DNA of 64,000 bases, from NCBI GenBank assembly GCA_051362555.1, contig CM120646.1, positions 12,276,001 through 12,340,000 of the forward strand, in the 5' to 3' direction. The notes below the pieces were generated by a model. That model worked only from the letters and a program-made list of their open reading frames with translations, searched no databases and was not told the DNA's origin. Position numbers and translations under genes: made by a program. Positions 49,701 to 63,140 of the stretch are shown here, in pieces (within the stretch, counting starts at the first letter, position 1; each line of letters begins with the position of its first letter). This stretch comes from Lingula anatina (taxonomy: Eukaryota > Animalia > Brachiopoda).

Positions 49701-52700
49701 TTGCAGTTCAAGTCTATGCCACTGTTGTCTGCTTTGTCCACCTCTTCACCTTAAGTAAAAAATGTTTGTTAATCTGGATTCAGTCAAGGGTTATACATAA
49801 AAACCTAAATTTTAAGTACACTACTTAAACAGATTATAGAGGGAAAATATGGTCTCTCTGGCCATCTGGGTGGGGTTCATAAGATAAGAGCATAAACTTT
49901 TCAATTTCTTACACAAATCTCCATGCAATCTGTTACACATAAGCTAACATTGTTTTTTTTTTTTTTTTTTTTGGGGGGGGGGGGGGAAGTGCACTCACAG
50001 TGAAACTATCATAGTAGGTTGTTCAAACTAAATCTGCTGGTACCCTCGCTGAATGCAATCAAATTAACAGATTAACACACCTTGTTTCCACAAACTCCTA
50101 TAATCACTAGCTTCTCTGTATTCTACTCAACTTTTCTTTATGGTACTTACTGACTCCTTCCTCTTCACAAATTATCATCCTCTCATCATCATCGTCATCA
50201 CTCTCCTCATCATCGCAATTTCTGTTGTCTGTGCTGCCCTCTTGTGATGGTTGTTTCTCTTTTGTCAAGGAAACTGTTCCTGTGGTTGCCGTGGTGGTTG
50301 GGATTCCTGCCACAGTTTGGGAAGGTGGATAATGGTTCTGAGTTTCTTCACTTTGTGAACACATCTGGAAATGTTCAATAATTCTAATTGTTCCCAAATT
50401 TAGTATGAAGAGATATTTCAAATGTACACACACATTTTTTCTCTATATATTATCACTGATAATATTACTATCACTGTCAGGACCGTGGGATTTGTCTAGG
50501 TCTTATAACATTTTAGCCTCACAAGAAAATAAGGACAACTGCAGAAAAGTTTTGAAATAGAAAAAGCAGTTCAGGGTACTTGGATGCTACCAGGGGCCTG
50601 GTAGTGTCTGTGTGTGTGTGTGTGTGTTTGTGTGTGTACACGCGTACAGGTACATGCAGGTGTGTATTTTCTTCCTCTTGACCCAATTTTACCATTTTGT
50701 ACTGGGAAACTAGGAGTGGAGGCAAAACATACACTGGGTTTACCTTTGAAGTCTATTTACTCAACTGTGGTGATCCCGAGACCACGTACTCTCTTTAACA
50801 AACTCAGGAGTTCAGCTGAATTCATTGAACAACCACCAAATAACCCTGGATGTGGAACAATTACCTGCTCTAGCTCATTTAGTGGGCGTGGTTGTTCAGG
50901 CTGTCCGTCATTGGTGGTTTCCATGGCAGCAACATTGGCAGTCTCCATGGCAGCAGACATGCTTTGTGATCTTTTCTTCTCAAACTCAAACTTGGTGTCA
51001 GTGGAGGGTGGCAAAGGGACTGTCTGTGGGGCAGGGTGCAGAGCACTCTGGGGTGGTCCTAGAGAAGAAAAAAATGAATAAAAAATAAAGAAACAGAAAA
51101 AATCCTGTGGATTCAGAATAAGCAAAGCTAGTCTTTGTCATCATCTGTTTAGAGAAACTGTTAGCCCAGATACAGATTCAAGATTCATTAAATGAAATAA
51201 AATTAAAAAATTCAATGACATAAAGATATAGGTCATTATGATAGTAACCATTTATTAAGAGGAATTTTAGAAAAAAGATACAATGCTTTGCAAAACTTTC
51301 ATACCCATGAGTTCGTCCCCATCATCCCGTTGTTCCTCTGAGCCACTGCCTTTCCTTCCCAGGGTGCTATTGGACTTCTTTCTGTCTTTACTGCACCACT
51401 TCCAGTCTGGGTGTGCCTTGAAGTGAGCCTCCTTTACCTATAAGACAAAAAAGAGAAAATATCTCATACTTTCGATAGCTGACAGTGTGAATGCACTCAG
51501 ATTAAGGTAAAAAGTCATAATAAATACCATTATGGAGTTTGAATGCAGTTTAATATAATAAATAGAATGACTCCATCATGGTAAATAATGCACAGTGCTA
51601 GTAATTCCAGGAAGCAGACAGTTGGAATGTAACTCAGTATCACTCACAGATCCATAATTTTGCTTAGGGGTGGGGGTCACGTGGAGAAAAGTTTAAACCC
51701 TAGATAAAGACAGTATAACTGTAAAATGAAAGGCTCACTGATGGAAGTTTTGCTTGGTTTTTGTTTTGTTCTTTATACTGTTTTTTAAGGGATTAGAAGG
51801 AAAAGGGTTCATATGAAGTTAAGTGAGGGGCATCTGCATGCCCTGACTTACACCCACCCCCACCCCCACTGAATGTTTAAGTCAGTTTGAGAACCTAATT
51901 TTACCTATTCAGGTAAGGACAAAAACGTTCTACTTGATTTAGTTCCTCTTAAGACCGTTCAATGACCCTTGTCCATTTATGGTCTTTGTCAGGAAATCAA
52001 TATAGCAAGGACTATCTGCGTCATTTGCAAGGCATTTCTATATATTCACCTCATACGTGGGTGTGCGTCTGCGGCTTAAGGCAATATCTAACCATAATAC
52101 TTGCTTTTTATCAGTTTTCCTACATCATCATTCCCATGAGCCAGTTATGAGTTCTTGCTCACAGGTAGAAAAACAGACTCAGTCTTTTCAGAAACCATTT
52201 TCTTTTTTTTTTTTTTTTTTTTTTTTGCATGACACAAGAAATGTGCCTACTTTGCCAAAAAAGAAATATATCACCAAGGTCAACAAAAAAGTTGATAACT
52301 CATACGGAAAACAATTTCCATGATACATTCTCTTCAATGTATTTTGTAGAAAAATGCAAGATGTCACCAAGTTTTGTTTCCAGCTACAGACAGAATTCTT
52401 ACCTGGAAAGCTAAATCATGATATTTTTGCTTCTCTCTCGGACCAAGAGCGTACCACCACTCTCCCAAAATCTTGCTCACTGTGCGATTGTCTTGATTTG
52501 GATGTCGCTGATGGACGAGAGCACGATGACGTTTGCTGAAGATCATGAATGCATTCATTGGACGACGAATGTGATCCTTCTCTTTGATCTGTGATGAAAA
52601 TTAATGAACTTTGGTTTTAAAATATCAAATTCACACATGCAGTTTCTGAAACATTTAATATTAGATGTTAAATTTTTTTTGGATTCACCCAAATCAATAT

Positions 52701-55700
52701 GTGTCTGGCTAATATATATATAATCCCTTTTCTACTTTCTTAGTGCTTTTCGTCAATTTTTTGAGCTATAATTTATAGTGAAAAATTGGTAAGCTGAAAT
52801 AAAAAGAAGAAAAATGGATGGCACAACCCCTGCTTTGACAGAACCGTCACCTTTTTTTTGGGGGGTCCCTGTGTCCTTTGAAAGCACTAGTTATAAAACT
52901 TCTATGATCACTGCAGTCTACAATAATATTAAGAAATGCCAGCATGACTCCAACTTAAAAGAACATGTACCTTTCTTGGACTTTTTGGTTCCCCTTGCTC
53001 TTTAAGCGCACTAAGAGATTGTGAGCGCCTTTTTGAAGGGGACAGGGATATGGGCTCGACTGGAGCTGTCACAAACACATCGTCATCCTCCTCCTCTTCT
53101 TCCTCTTTTGTAAGTGCTGCAAAATATGAGTCTCTGATTTAACAAATGACTGGAGACCTGGAGTAATTGTGCTACTTGTGGATGCCATTTAGACCTAAAC
53201 CAGTCCAAATCGATCTTGTCTGACTACATCAATAAGCACAGTGAAACTAAAGCCAATTGCATTCTTACAAGTGGATTTACTGGACATAATATATGATTAT
53301 CACGGAAAGAACTCCAGCAAAATTGATTTACTTATGTTTCCCAAAACCATATTTTAGCTAAGAATTAAGTAATTTTTCTTCAATCAACAGCTTAATATTA
53401 AAATAGTTTACCTTCAATATTTCGATGTCTAACAGAACATCTTCATCAAGAATGAGGCTATCCAAGTGAATATGTAGCCTCATTAAATATATATAATACT
53501 GGAGGTAAACTATTTCAATATTAAGCTGCTGATTGAAGAAAAATTGCTTTATTCTAATAACATAACACAGCTGATGAAATTCTTTTCAGACAATATTTTA
53601 GATGCACTTGACCTGCCAAATACATCAACAGGTGGCAACCATGTTTAGTGTTCTACGTAATACTGCCACCTACTAAAAGCTCTTGCTATGTTGCCATGGA
53701 TACTATATATAGAATGTATAGTATACACAGTGACATAAGACCACAAACTTTTTTATGCAGGTATTGTGCATTGATGTTTAATGTACATGAGCTGCATTCC
53801 AATGATGGTAAAAAAAAAAAAAATGCTCGTAATAAAAGGGTCTTCTAGTGCATGGGATTTTTGTTGTATTCATTTTTTTTAATTCACCATTTTTTAAATT
53901 AAATCTTTTTAAAGATAAACAATGCTTAGAACTTATTCTTACATGTGAATTCCTTTGAAACATTGAAATAAATAACCTTGTTTGAAAATCCCATAATTTT
54001 AACAAATGTGGTTTTATTGACATGTCTTCTCAGTAATGGACTCATTAAAAGAAATGAGTGTTAAACAAAATTTCAGGAAAAATAGAAAAAAATATTTTTG
54101 TCAAGTTCAAAATCATGTGTTCCAATATTTGAACATGAACTGATGATGCTATTGAAACTAATTTCAGTCAAAAGCTGTGTTTCCAGTGAAGTTGAGGACC
54201 AAACTCTGATAGGCTTTTGTTTAGAATCAGTTTAAATTGAAGACAGTAAATAATTATAATTCTTATATCTGTGATTATCCAGATAACTCCCACAGTAATC
54301 CTTGAAAGTCATGTGACTTTAAACTGCATTAGTAAGCTAACAGTTATCATGTAGCCTACTAAAACCCCCATTACACTGAACAGTGTCCTTTCTGCATCGT
54401 TCAACCATGAAACTGGTATGACTGTGGTTGTAGAGAGGAGACACAAGCATCGCTTTGGCTGCAGAATGAATGCACAAAGATTGACCAGTTGTCAGCACGT
54501 AAAGTTTTTTTCTCTCAAACTGGGCCGTACTACGAGACGCAGAAAGGACGCCATCCAGTGTAAAGGGGGCTTGAGATAAAACTTATAAAGAGGGCCAACC
54601 CATCTTGCCTGAAAACACGACTCAAGATAGTCCTCATGTGAACACAGCTATATGACAAAGTTCCATGCATTTGCCAAGTATTGAACCAGGAGTGGAGATA
54701 AGTGGTCCACTAGATGGCCACTAATTCAATTTACACAGAGACTATCAGTGAACTTTCCTTGAGGTGAACTGGTAATTGAATTCTATATCATACACCACCA
54801 ACCCTAACTGCATTTAATAAAACATCAGCAATCCATTTCAGGGCCAGATACTCATGAACACCAACTTTAAACAATCAATATAATGTCCACTCTGCTATGC
54901 ATTAATTAAAGTACCGAGCAATATTAAGGTGTAGTTTTGACGACCCTATTGCAGGCACTTGTCCACTTTCAGCTTGGGATGGAGACTTAAGCTGTTGCTA
55001 CATTTTATAAAACACTATCTTCTTGTCTCTACTTATGGACTGATCTCAGAGGGGCTTCCTGTAACATGCACGCACACACACACATACATGCATGCATGCA
55101 AACAACACCACACCAATTAAATAACAATTTTAAATGGTCCAACACAGGGTGCAGAAACCTCATCTGAGCCAAAATCTTACAAACTAATGCTTCAAATTGC
55201 ACAGCTCCCCCCCCCTCCCCCAACAAAGCCATAGTCTTGAAGGACCACAGAATACTAAGACAGGGATAGACCTTAACAGAATGCTCTGCAGTCTCATCTA
55301 GGGGCCTTCAACTTCAGGGCCCTTGGCCAGATACCATGCATACATAATAAATTGCATTGCACTCACTGGCTTCTTCCCACATAATAGATCCAACAGCTAT
55401 AGGTATCTGGGGTCCATGTAAGAGGGGTTGATTTGCATTATCACTTTCAAGTTTCACTGAGAGTTTCAACCATTAAAAACACTCCTCCTTAACGCAGTTG
55501 CCTTTGCCATAATTATAATCAATGCCAAATTTTTTTCGTACAAATTTTGTCACATTTCATTAAATGATGTATTAAACTTTAAAATGTATGTAGATCATAG
55601 ATGTAAAATGTTTTTCTTTAATTTCATCAATTTTTCCTGTTATCACCAAAGTTTTCTCTATTTTAAACTATTGAGTAAATCATATCTATACAAATGTTTT

Positions 55701-58700
55701 CAAGCTCTTCTTATTTCCAACTGACATAATTTAATATACTAGTTTCTATCTCAATTATGACAGTGATTCCAAACTAAGAAACTTAGACCTCAAAAATGGA
55801 TTTGTAGATCAGGGGCGGACTGAGGCCGTCTTCTGGGTCTTCCAGAAAACATTCAGATTTCCATGTTTACGTTGAAGGGTATCTAGTTTTTTTTTCTGTC
55901 AGAAGGCGGTTAAAAATGGAAGATCGATCGACAAAGATAATTTGGAAGACTGTCAGAAAATATCTTTGGCTCCACCCCTGGAGATGGTAATTCTGTCAAT
56001 ATTTTAGGGTATGGTGTACCTTGGTGGTTATGGGAAAAATGGTGAAATTTCCAGGCAGCGCATGCCTTACATCCCTTGGATTGTGCTGTCATAAAAACCT
56101 CAAATATTATGTGACAACGGTACAAAACAAAATTGCACTGTTACATGAACAGACAATGCCCCTGGAGCACTAACGATCATTGTATAACAACTGCAGAAAT
56201 ACTGCTTTTGTAACAATGATGATAACAAAATAGTAGTACCAGCAATGCCACCAATGAAGGTTTTACAGATGATGACAATATTACAGTGGCACAAATGATT
56301 AAAAGAAAGATAAAAAAGAGATTATAAAGCTTTAAATTATATATAAATGTCACAGCCAAGATTGAAATCCAGGCAGATTTGAAATCTGCCATGCTTGATA
56401 AAGCAAGCTGGTTGCAGAATCAAATAATGTAGTTTTCTACATAGGACAATTTTAACCTGCAGCTTAAAGCAATAATAACTCTTCCTTTGAGATTCAAAAT
56501 TCCGCAAGAAATACATTCTAAACAACACAAGGAAATATATTATATTGCATTTCACCACTAAAACGGCTGTTATTGTAGTAAAACTAAAAACTGTGCTTGT
56601 CAATAGGGCTTTCGGTGCCTTTTTTCCCCGGTCATCAAGGCATTCGTTACCAAGGATTTTGGCGCATCACGCGGATTCTCGCGTGCAATCGAGACCAAAA
56701 TAACACAGGCGCATGACACAATCCTCAGACGTAAGTTGCGAGTTTTTGTACAGTGTGTCGGATAACGAAAAGCCCAGAACTGCACACGTTGTGAATATGA
56801 GCAATTAAGACAATTATATCGTATGAATCTTATTTTATTGCAATAAAGTGTTGTTGTTGTCTGCTTTTCCCGCGGTTTTAAGTAGGTCATCAGAAAACCC
56901 TGCTCAATATGCTATTTTAGAGAGGGCTCCGTCAGTTAAAATCACTTAAGAGATTTTAACAAAAAACCGTACGTTTAGGAAAAAACCCTGGATTAACTTT
57001 GAATGCAGGAATGGGGTCGCTGACCATTGGTGAGTACGGGAAAATTGCCGTTTACTCCAGGAAAATCCAATTTTTGGCCAAAACGAAGAGTTATTATGAC
57101 TTTAAAGTAAGTGGGATGAAGAAACTGGTGAAAAAAAATTGTAAGTAAAAGAAAACAACTGCAAAAGGCAAGGGGAATGCACTATGATTGAAAAGAAGTA
57201 CATGTGTATCTTACCTGTTCTTATTCTAAATTCAAAACTATTACTCTTTCAATTAGAAACTGTTTAATTCCGAAAAAAACATTTCTCAAGAACGGTATTT
57301 TTTTCCGTTGAAATCTTTTCACAACCAAGCAAAAATTATTAAAAACAAACTTGTCTCATCTTTATCATCTTTTTTTTTTTTTTCATTTATAAAGGCCGAA
57401 AGGTAAACTATCTTCATATGTTATGACAAAATATCTGTAAAGAACATTTCTAGGAGAAATGAAATTATTCCATGATACCCTTTTTGTTTTAATATGAACT
57501 TTTGCAGCTTGAAACCAACTAGTCATTAAAAGCATACCCCCAAACTAGCAAATTTTAGATTTGAATCATTTATTATAACTAAATATTAATAGTGAAGATC
57601 ATGTTCACATTCTTTTCCTCAGTTTATCAATTATGATAAATCAATACTTTTCACATAGCATCCATGAGTCACATGGTCAACCTGCTAAAAGTGTATGGCT
57701 TAACATTGATAGTAGACAAACGATGATAAAATTCCTGGAAATAATTATGATCTAAAGAGAATGTCATACTTGTGTAAAATGTCAAGCCAACCTCAACAAG
57801 CTGACTCAGTTGATTTTTTTTGTAACAATGACAATTCCAAACCAAACACCTACACATGCTGCAGGTAACTGTGGTTGCCAGTAGATCACTTTAAAAAACG
57901 GGTTTTTGATTTCCAAGTCTGGATCATAGACTGGGTTTCCATCCCTAGATCGATCTAACACGATCATTCATGTCTGAACAGACCTTCACTCTAAAAGCAT
58001 ATTTACTTAAGACTTTTGATTTGCATGACTGTAGGTGGCTCACTGCTGGGCTGGTGCCTGCGGGCTTTCTCCTCGTTTTCATTTCCCCAATTTTCTGGCA
58101 CATATGCCTGCAGAGATGTGCCTTATAACATGTATGCCAATAAAACAACTAGGGCAAAAAAAAAGGGAGGGCACCATCATTGGTGGTACCACCCTCATCA
58201 TCCCAGCATATATCCGTATGCCCTTCCACAAGTCAAGTTTGGATCACTAAATACATTTCAGTATCAATTTACCTTTATTGGAGCTTACACTATAAGAAAC
58301 AAGGTGAAGAAGAAATAAAGGAGATTAACAGTTCTGTTTGTCTCTTGCCATCATCTTTTCTTTCATAAGAAGGAGATTAGTCATCTAGACTGGGCTTCTT
58401 ATGAATAGCTGTGTTAGCAGGCACATGACAGCAAGCCTCCACAGTCAAGGCCGAGGTTTACAGACACAGTGTCAGACAAATACTCAGCACTTCGTGACAC
58501 ATACCTATTGAATTGTCAAGCAGTGCAAGTTGAGAAATATGTGAAAAAAAGGCAGAAGAGATTAAAAAATGTGTTTTGATGACATTTTACCTTTTTTACT
58601 TCTCTCTTATTATCAATGTACACTTAACATGAAGACGAAATTTGACGGGAAATTCTTGGGGAAAAAAATAATAACAACAGTAGAGTTATAATTAACATAT

Positions 58701-59594
58701 AATTTCCTTTTGTCAATTTTTCACAGCATCTAGGATCCAAGACAGCACTTAATTTTTATAGCTCCTTAAAAATGTGTCAATTTTTGTAAAATCATTAACA
58801 TTTTTAGTATTTGATAATGTGAGTTATTTATGACATTCACCTCATATAAAAATCAAATTTGCATACAGCAGATATCCAGGAGAACTATAAGCTTCTTAAA
58901 AAAAGGCCAAGGCCATCAAAATGAAAATGATTAATACTGAACAAGTGTATACTATTTGTTGAATACAGCTCATATTCATTGGTTTGTATGTCTTTGTTTC
59001 TGTTTGAAAGGTAAAAAGACTGCCTGTTTTTTTTTTCTTCAAGTAGTTTTGAGCATCGAGGCATAAGCTCAAAGAGAAATCAGCAGTTATGCTTTGGTTT
59101 GAATGAAAATCCCACTAGATCCAGATTATTTTCAAATATTTCTGATCATTCCATGGAATATGCCACTGATTTTACCAAGTGGCGGCTTTTCTGTTACAGT
59201 AAAAATATAGAAGAATTAGTTTTTTTTTTCATTCATTCATTACCTTAAAAATTATAAGAGGCTTACACTAACAAATATATTCCCAATTTGTTAGAAATTG
59301 ATTTGTTTGGTTAAAGAAAATTTTAAATTAGCAATGTTCCTGTAAAAAAATTATTATTGCTTATTTACCAAAAAAATCTATCAAGCATTTTATTTAATCT
59401 AATGTGATTTCAGTGAAGTAATAACTTACTGGTTGATTCCTCTGGTTCTTGCTTGTCTTGGGTGGGTGCAGGTAGAGAGGGAGCCTCCTGTTTTGCACTG
59501 CCCTCTTGTGGTGCACCTGCATGAGTGAGAAAGGGCACCAAGGAATGCCATGGAAACACTGGAATCTGACCACCTGTTAAACTCCCTGGAATCA
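41213..59594 (-). CDS. CIC: Protein capicua homolog (HMG-box transcriptional repressor); 20 coding exons in window, 5' part outside
   Basis: Phase-consistent exons: 59594-59430 ([15 protein letters not shown]1-binding), 53116-52971 ([10 protein letters not shown]), 52588-52403 and 51437-51305 (HMG box [53 protein letters not shown]), 51058-50865, 50364-50151, 49749-49529 ([13 protein letters not shown]), 49318-49019, 48625-47688, 47415-47336, 46163-45879, 45498-45325, 44968-44691, 44320-44162, 43913-43768, 43381-43239 ([17 protein letters not shown]), 42839-42669 (FFGSNF), 42327-42178, 41856-41804, 41572-41213 (C1 domain [44 protein letters not shown]). Confidence 0.97.
42440..42602. repeat. 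Partial copy of the 2100-2397 element in a CIC intron
   Basis: Direct sequence similarity over about 160 bp. Confidence 0.7.
43684..43745. repeat. Interrupted (AC)n microsatellite in a CIC intron
   Basis: Seen directly. Confidence 0.9.
53361..53555. mobile_element. Foldback/MITE-like inverted repeat in a CIC intron
   Basis: Arms of about 60 bp, AGAAT(T/A)AAG(T/C)AATTTTTCTTCAATCA(A/G)CAGCTTAATATT(A/G)AAATAGTTTACCT, plus an inner AATGAGGCTA/TAGCCTCATT hairpin. Confidence 0.75.
54704..54722 (+). promoter_or_regulatory. Candidate CTCF-binding site in the long CIC intron
   Basis: GGTCCACTAGATGGCCACT is close to the CCACYAGRKGGCR core. Confidence 0.35.
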
Positions 59595-60624
59595 CTAAAA
59601 AGAATAAGAATAAAATTGAAAAATATATCTACAAATTTTACATTTACAAATAAGTTGCATTTTTGATGCAATCAAAATATTTTACACATTTTTTTGCAAG
59701 ATGCCATGATTTTTTTTTCACAGAATACCATGTTGTTGTTGTCTGGCCCACTCAAATTTATATGTAATCTGGAAAATATAAAGTATATGTGGCAATCCTA
59801 AGAGCCCATCTAAACACCATGTAAAACCACACAAGTGAGCCAATTAACAATGCCCTAATTATCACCCTTCTGAGCACCCTCCACCCAAGGGTCCTCCAGG
59901 GGCATCAAAATAATCTCTTAATCTGTTAATGCTTGGACACTTCTTGATTGAATATTGGTCCAAATTGCTGTGTCAGACAACCATATTGGTTCAACCAGAG
60001 ATTTTATAGTTGTGCCATGTTGGATTTTATGGCCCATGAAGTTATTTCAGCTGGTTTCCCACCTAATTTGTTAACCTGAACCAAACTCTAAAACTAAAAT
60101 ATTTATGATATAAGGTTTTTTTTTTACTTTACTAAGCAGAAAAAAGGGAGCTGGCAAATGTGACAATCCAGCATTGATAGCTAAATAACCTGGAATAATA
60201 ATAATAATAACAACACTGATAATTATTTCATCATTATGAGTTGACTTTTTAGGGGCAGGGGGTGTTTACCACTGGAACAAAATACATGCACAGCAGCAGA
60301 TGTGAACCATTATGATACAATATGTCTGGTGCTATCTCTACATCACTTGTGAATTACAAAAAGGTTCCAGTCCACCCAAGACTCGTTTTCACAAAACGAT
60401 CCAAGTAACCCAGGCAACTACTGAAACATATTAGATACACTGTCGGATAAAAAAAAAATACAGAAAGATCGCGTCTGCACATACCCTTACATTAACCTAG
60501 TACTGGAGCTGCTTAATGAAGTGTGATATTGGATCAATTTCGACATTATGACATCATCCGCACTTTCCACTTTGATGCACTCCCAAACCAAAGGCCCTAG
60601 CCAGCAGTTCAGAAAGGTTAAACT

Positions 60625-63140
60625 ATTTTATTTATTTATTATTTATTGCGGTTCAAGTACATTTTTTACAATGACTATGACCTAACAGTATACATAATAT
60701 AATCATATAACTAAAATTACAATAGTAAATTACAATATTGTTTATACAATAACTGTGATCAGATTTTACAATTGCAGTATACGCTCGTTACTTTGGTTGA
60801 CTAGGTGGTGGTTGGTTGAGAATATTTTTTCTTACCTTATTACACATTGTGATATAGTGGGCCACATTCTTTATAACATGTAAATCGTTTGACTGCATTA
60901 TGCATTTGAACTGACCCTCTGGGGTTTGTGTAGGATCTGGTTTTAGGATCTCCCTGTGTTTGGTGAGTAAGGGGCATTTTAAAAGAAAGTGTATTTCGTT
61001 TTCCACTTCATCTGAGCATAACTTGCAGATCCTTTCTTCAGGGGGTATTGATTTTGGTTTTCGGTATCTGCCTCTTTGGATTTCTAAGTCATGTGCCCCT
61101 GTTCTAAATTTTGCCAAATTTTGCATTTCATGTTTTGGTATAGGTGCTGTTGTGTACGCTTCCCTTTCATAATTTGTTTTAAATAATCGATATGTACGTA
61201 GTATGCTGTTTTCTCGCTCTATTTCTTTGAGAAACAAAAGGGTATAATGACTTTCCAGTGCTTTTTTTACTTCTGCTTTCGAGGGGGTATTAGTCTGTGT
61301 TTTCATTAGATTTTGAGTAATGTATTTGATTTCGCTTGACCAATTTTTTACCTGTGTATCCTGTTTTGTTTCATATTCATACATTGTTTTTGCCAAGTGC
61401 TGCTTTGGCATTTCAGAAAATCTTTGCCAGTAGGATGTAGCATGACCCATTATGTCATGTGTAATTGGGAATCTACCTAGTTCTGCTTTAGCTGCTATAT
61501 TACTGGCATTGCGCCTCACACCTAAAATGTATTTGCAATAGTTATTTTGTACTACTTCGAATGGCAAAGTATTCATGTATTTAAGAGATTTTATGCTTTT
61601 AGATGCGATTGATGGTCCCCAGATTTCGCATCCGTACATCAGTATGGGTTTTATAAGGATATCGAAGAGTTTTAAATATGTCTGGGTCATATTGTGGGTG
61701 GTGGACTGTAAAGCCTGCTTAACTGCAAAAACCGCCTTCATGGCTTTACCTTTCAGATCATCAAGTGCGCTTTTGAATGATCCATTCGATTTGAATTTTA
61801 TCCCTAAATAATTATATTCATGTGTTATTTCTATTGTTTGATGGTCTATTGTGAAATTCATGTTTGGTTTTTTGCCTGACTTACTAAATATCATTACTTT
61901 CATTTTGTTGGTATTGACTGTGAGCTTCCATTTTTTGCAGTAGTCTCCCAGATTGTCAAGACTTTTTTGTAGGCCCTTTGCAGATTTAGATAGAATAACG
62001 AGGTCATCAGCATATAAAAGGTGACTGATTGTAGTGTTGGCATTAATTTTTACGGGATCACATGTGCTATTGAATACATTTTTCATATCATCTATGTAAA
62101 TATTAAAAAGCATTGGACTCAAGCTGTCACCTTGCCTTATTCCTATATCTGTCTTAAAGTAGTTTGTGCGTCTTTGGCCAATTTTGACACACAGCTCTGT
62201 AGTTTGATACATGTGTTTTATTGTTCTATAAAAGTTTCCTCCTATTTTTTGTTTTAATACTTTGAGGAATAGACCTTCAATCCACACGCTATCAAAAGCT
62301 TTTTTAAGATCTATAAAACATGCGTATAACTTATTATTCTTATTGATGAATTGGTTAATAAGGCTGTTTAGAATGAACATATTGTCTGAGGTTCTATATG
62401 TAGGGCGGAACCCTGCTTGTTGTTTAGAAAGAGATTCACATTCTTCGATGTAGGAGAGAAGCCTGGTATTTAGAATTGAAGTGAAAAGTTTTCCTAAACA
62501 GCTGTTTATACAAATTCCTCGGTAGTTTTGTGGGTTCGAGGGATCTCCAGACTTCAGCAGTGGCTTTATCATACCTTTATTCCAAAGAGAGGGGAATTTA
62601 CCACTACCTAGGATTAGATTGAATAGTTTAGCCAGTGATTTAGCTATGAATGCGGCAGACGTTTTTAGCATTTCATTAGAGATTGTATCTTCTCCGCATG
62701 ATTTTCTGATTTTCAGAGCTCTGATAGCGGATTTAATTTCCTTGATGGTAATGGGGTAGTCCAACTTTTTGAATTGTTCTTGGTCTAAGTGTTTTTCTAG
62801 GTTGGCTAGACTTTCGTGTAAGTTCTGATCATTTGGAGAGTTCTGACTCTCACCTAATTTTTTAAAGTAGTTGTACCAAGTATTGGACTCAATGTATTCC
62901 GATGAGTCACTTTTCATTTGCCCCTTCAGTTGCCCTATGATTTCCCAAAATTCTTTAGGGTTTTTATTTTCCATGTGTAATAGGTTGTTCAAAATATTGT
63001 TTTTCATTTGCTTCTTTTTATATTTTACTAGTTTTTTGTATTCTTTTGTTGCTCGACGATAACTAGTTTTCAGTGCCATATTAAATGGGTCTCTTCTCAG
63101 CTTTTTTCCTAGTCCTATACTTTCTTTTCTTAGTATGTTA
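60625..63140 (-). mobile_element. 5'-truncated non-LTR retrotransposon (LINE, RTEX-like) in a CIC intron, same orientation as CIC
   Basis: Long RT ORF followed by a 3' UTR of about 140 bp ending in an (AATA)n-like tail at 60625-60647. No endonuclease domain. The 5' boundary is approximate and no TSD was found. Confidence 0.9.
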
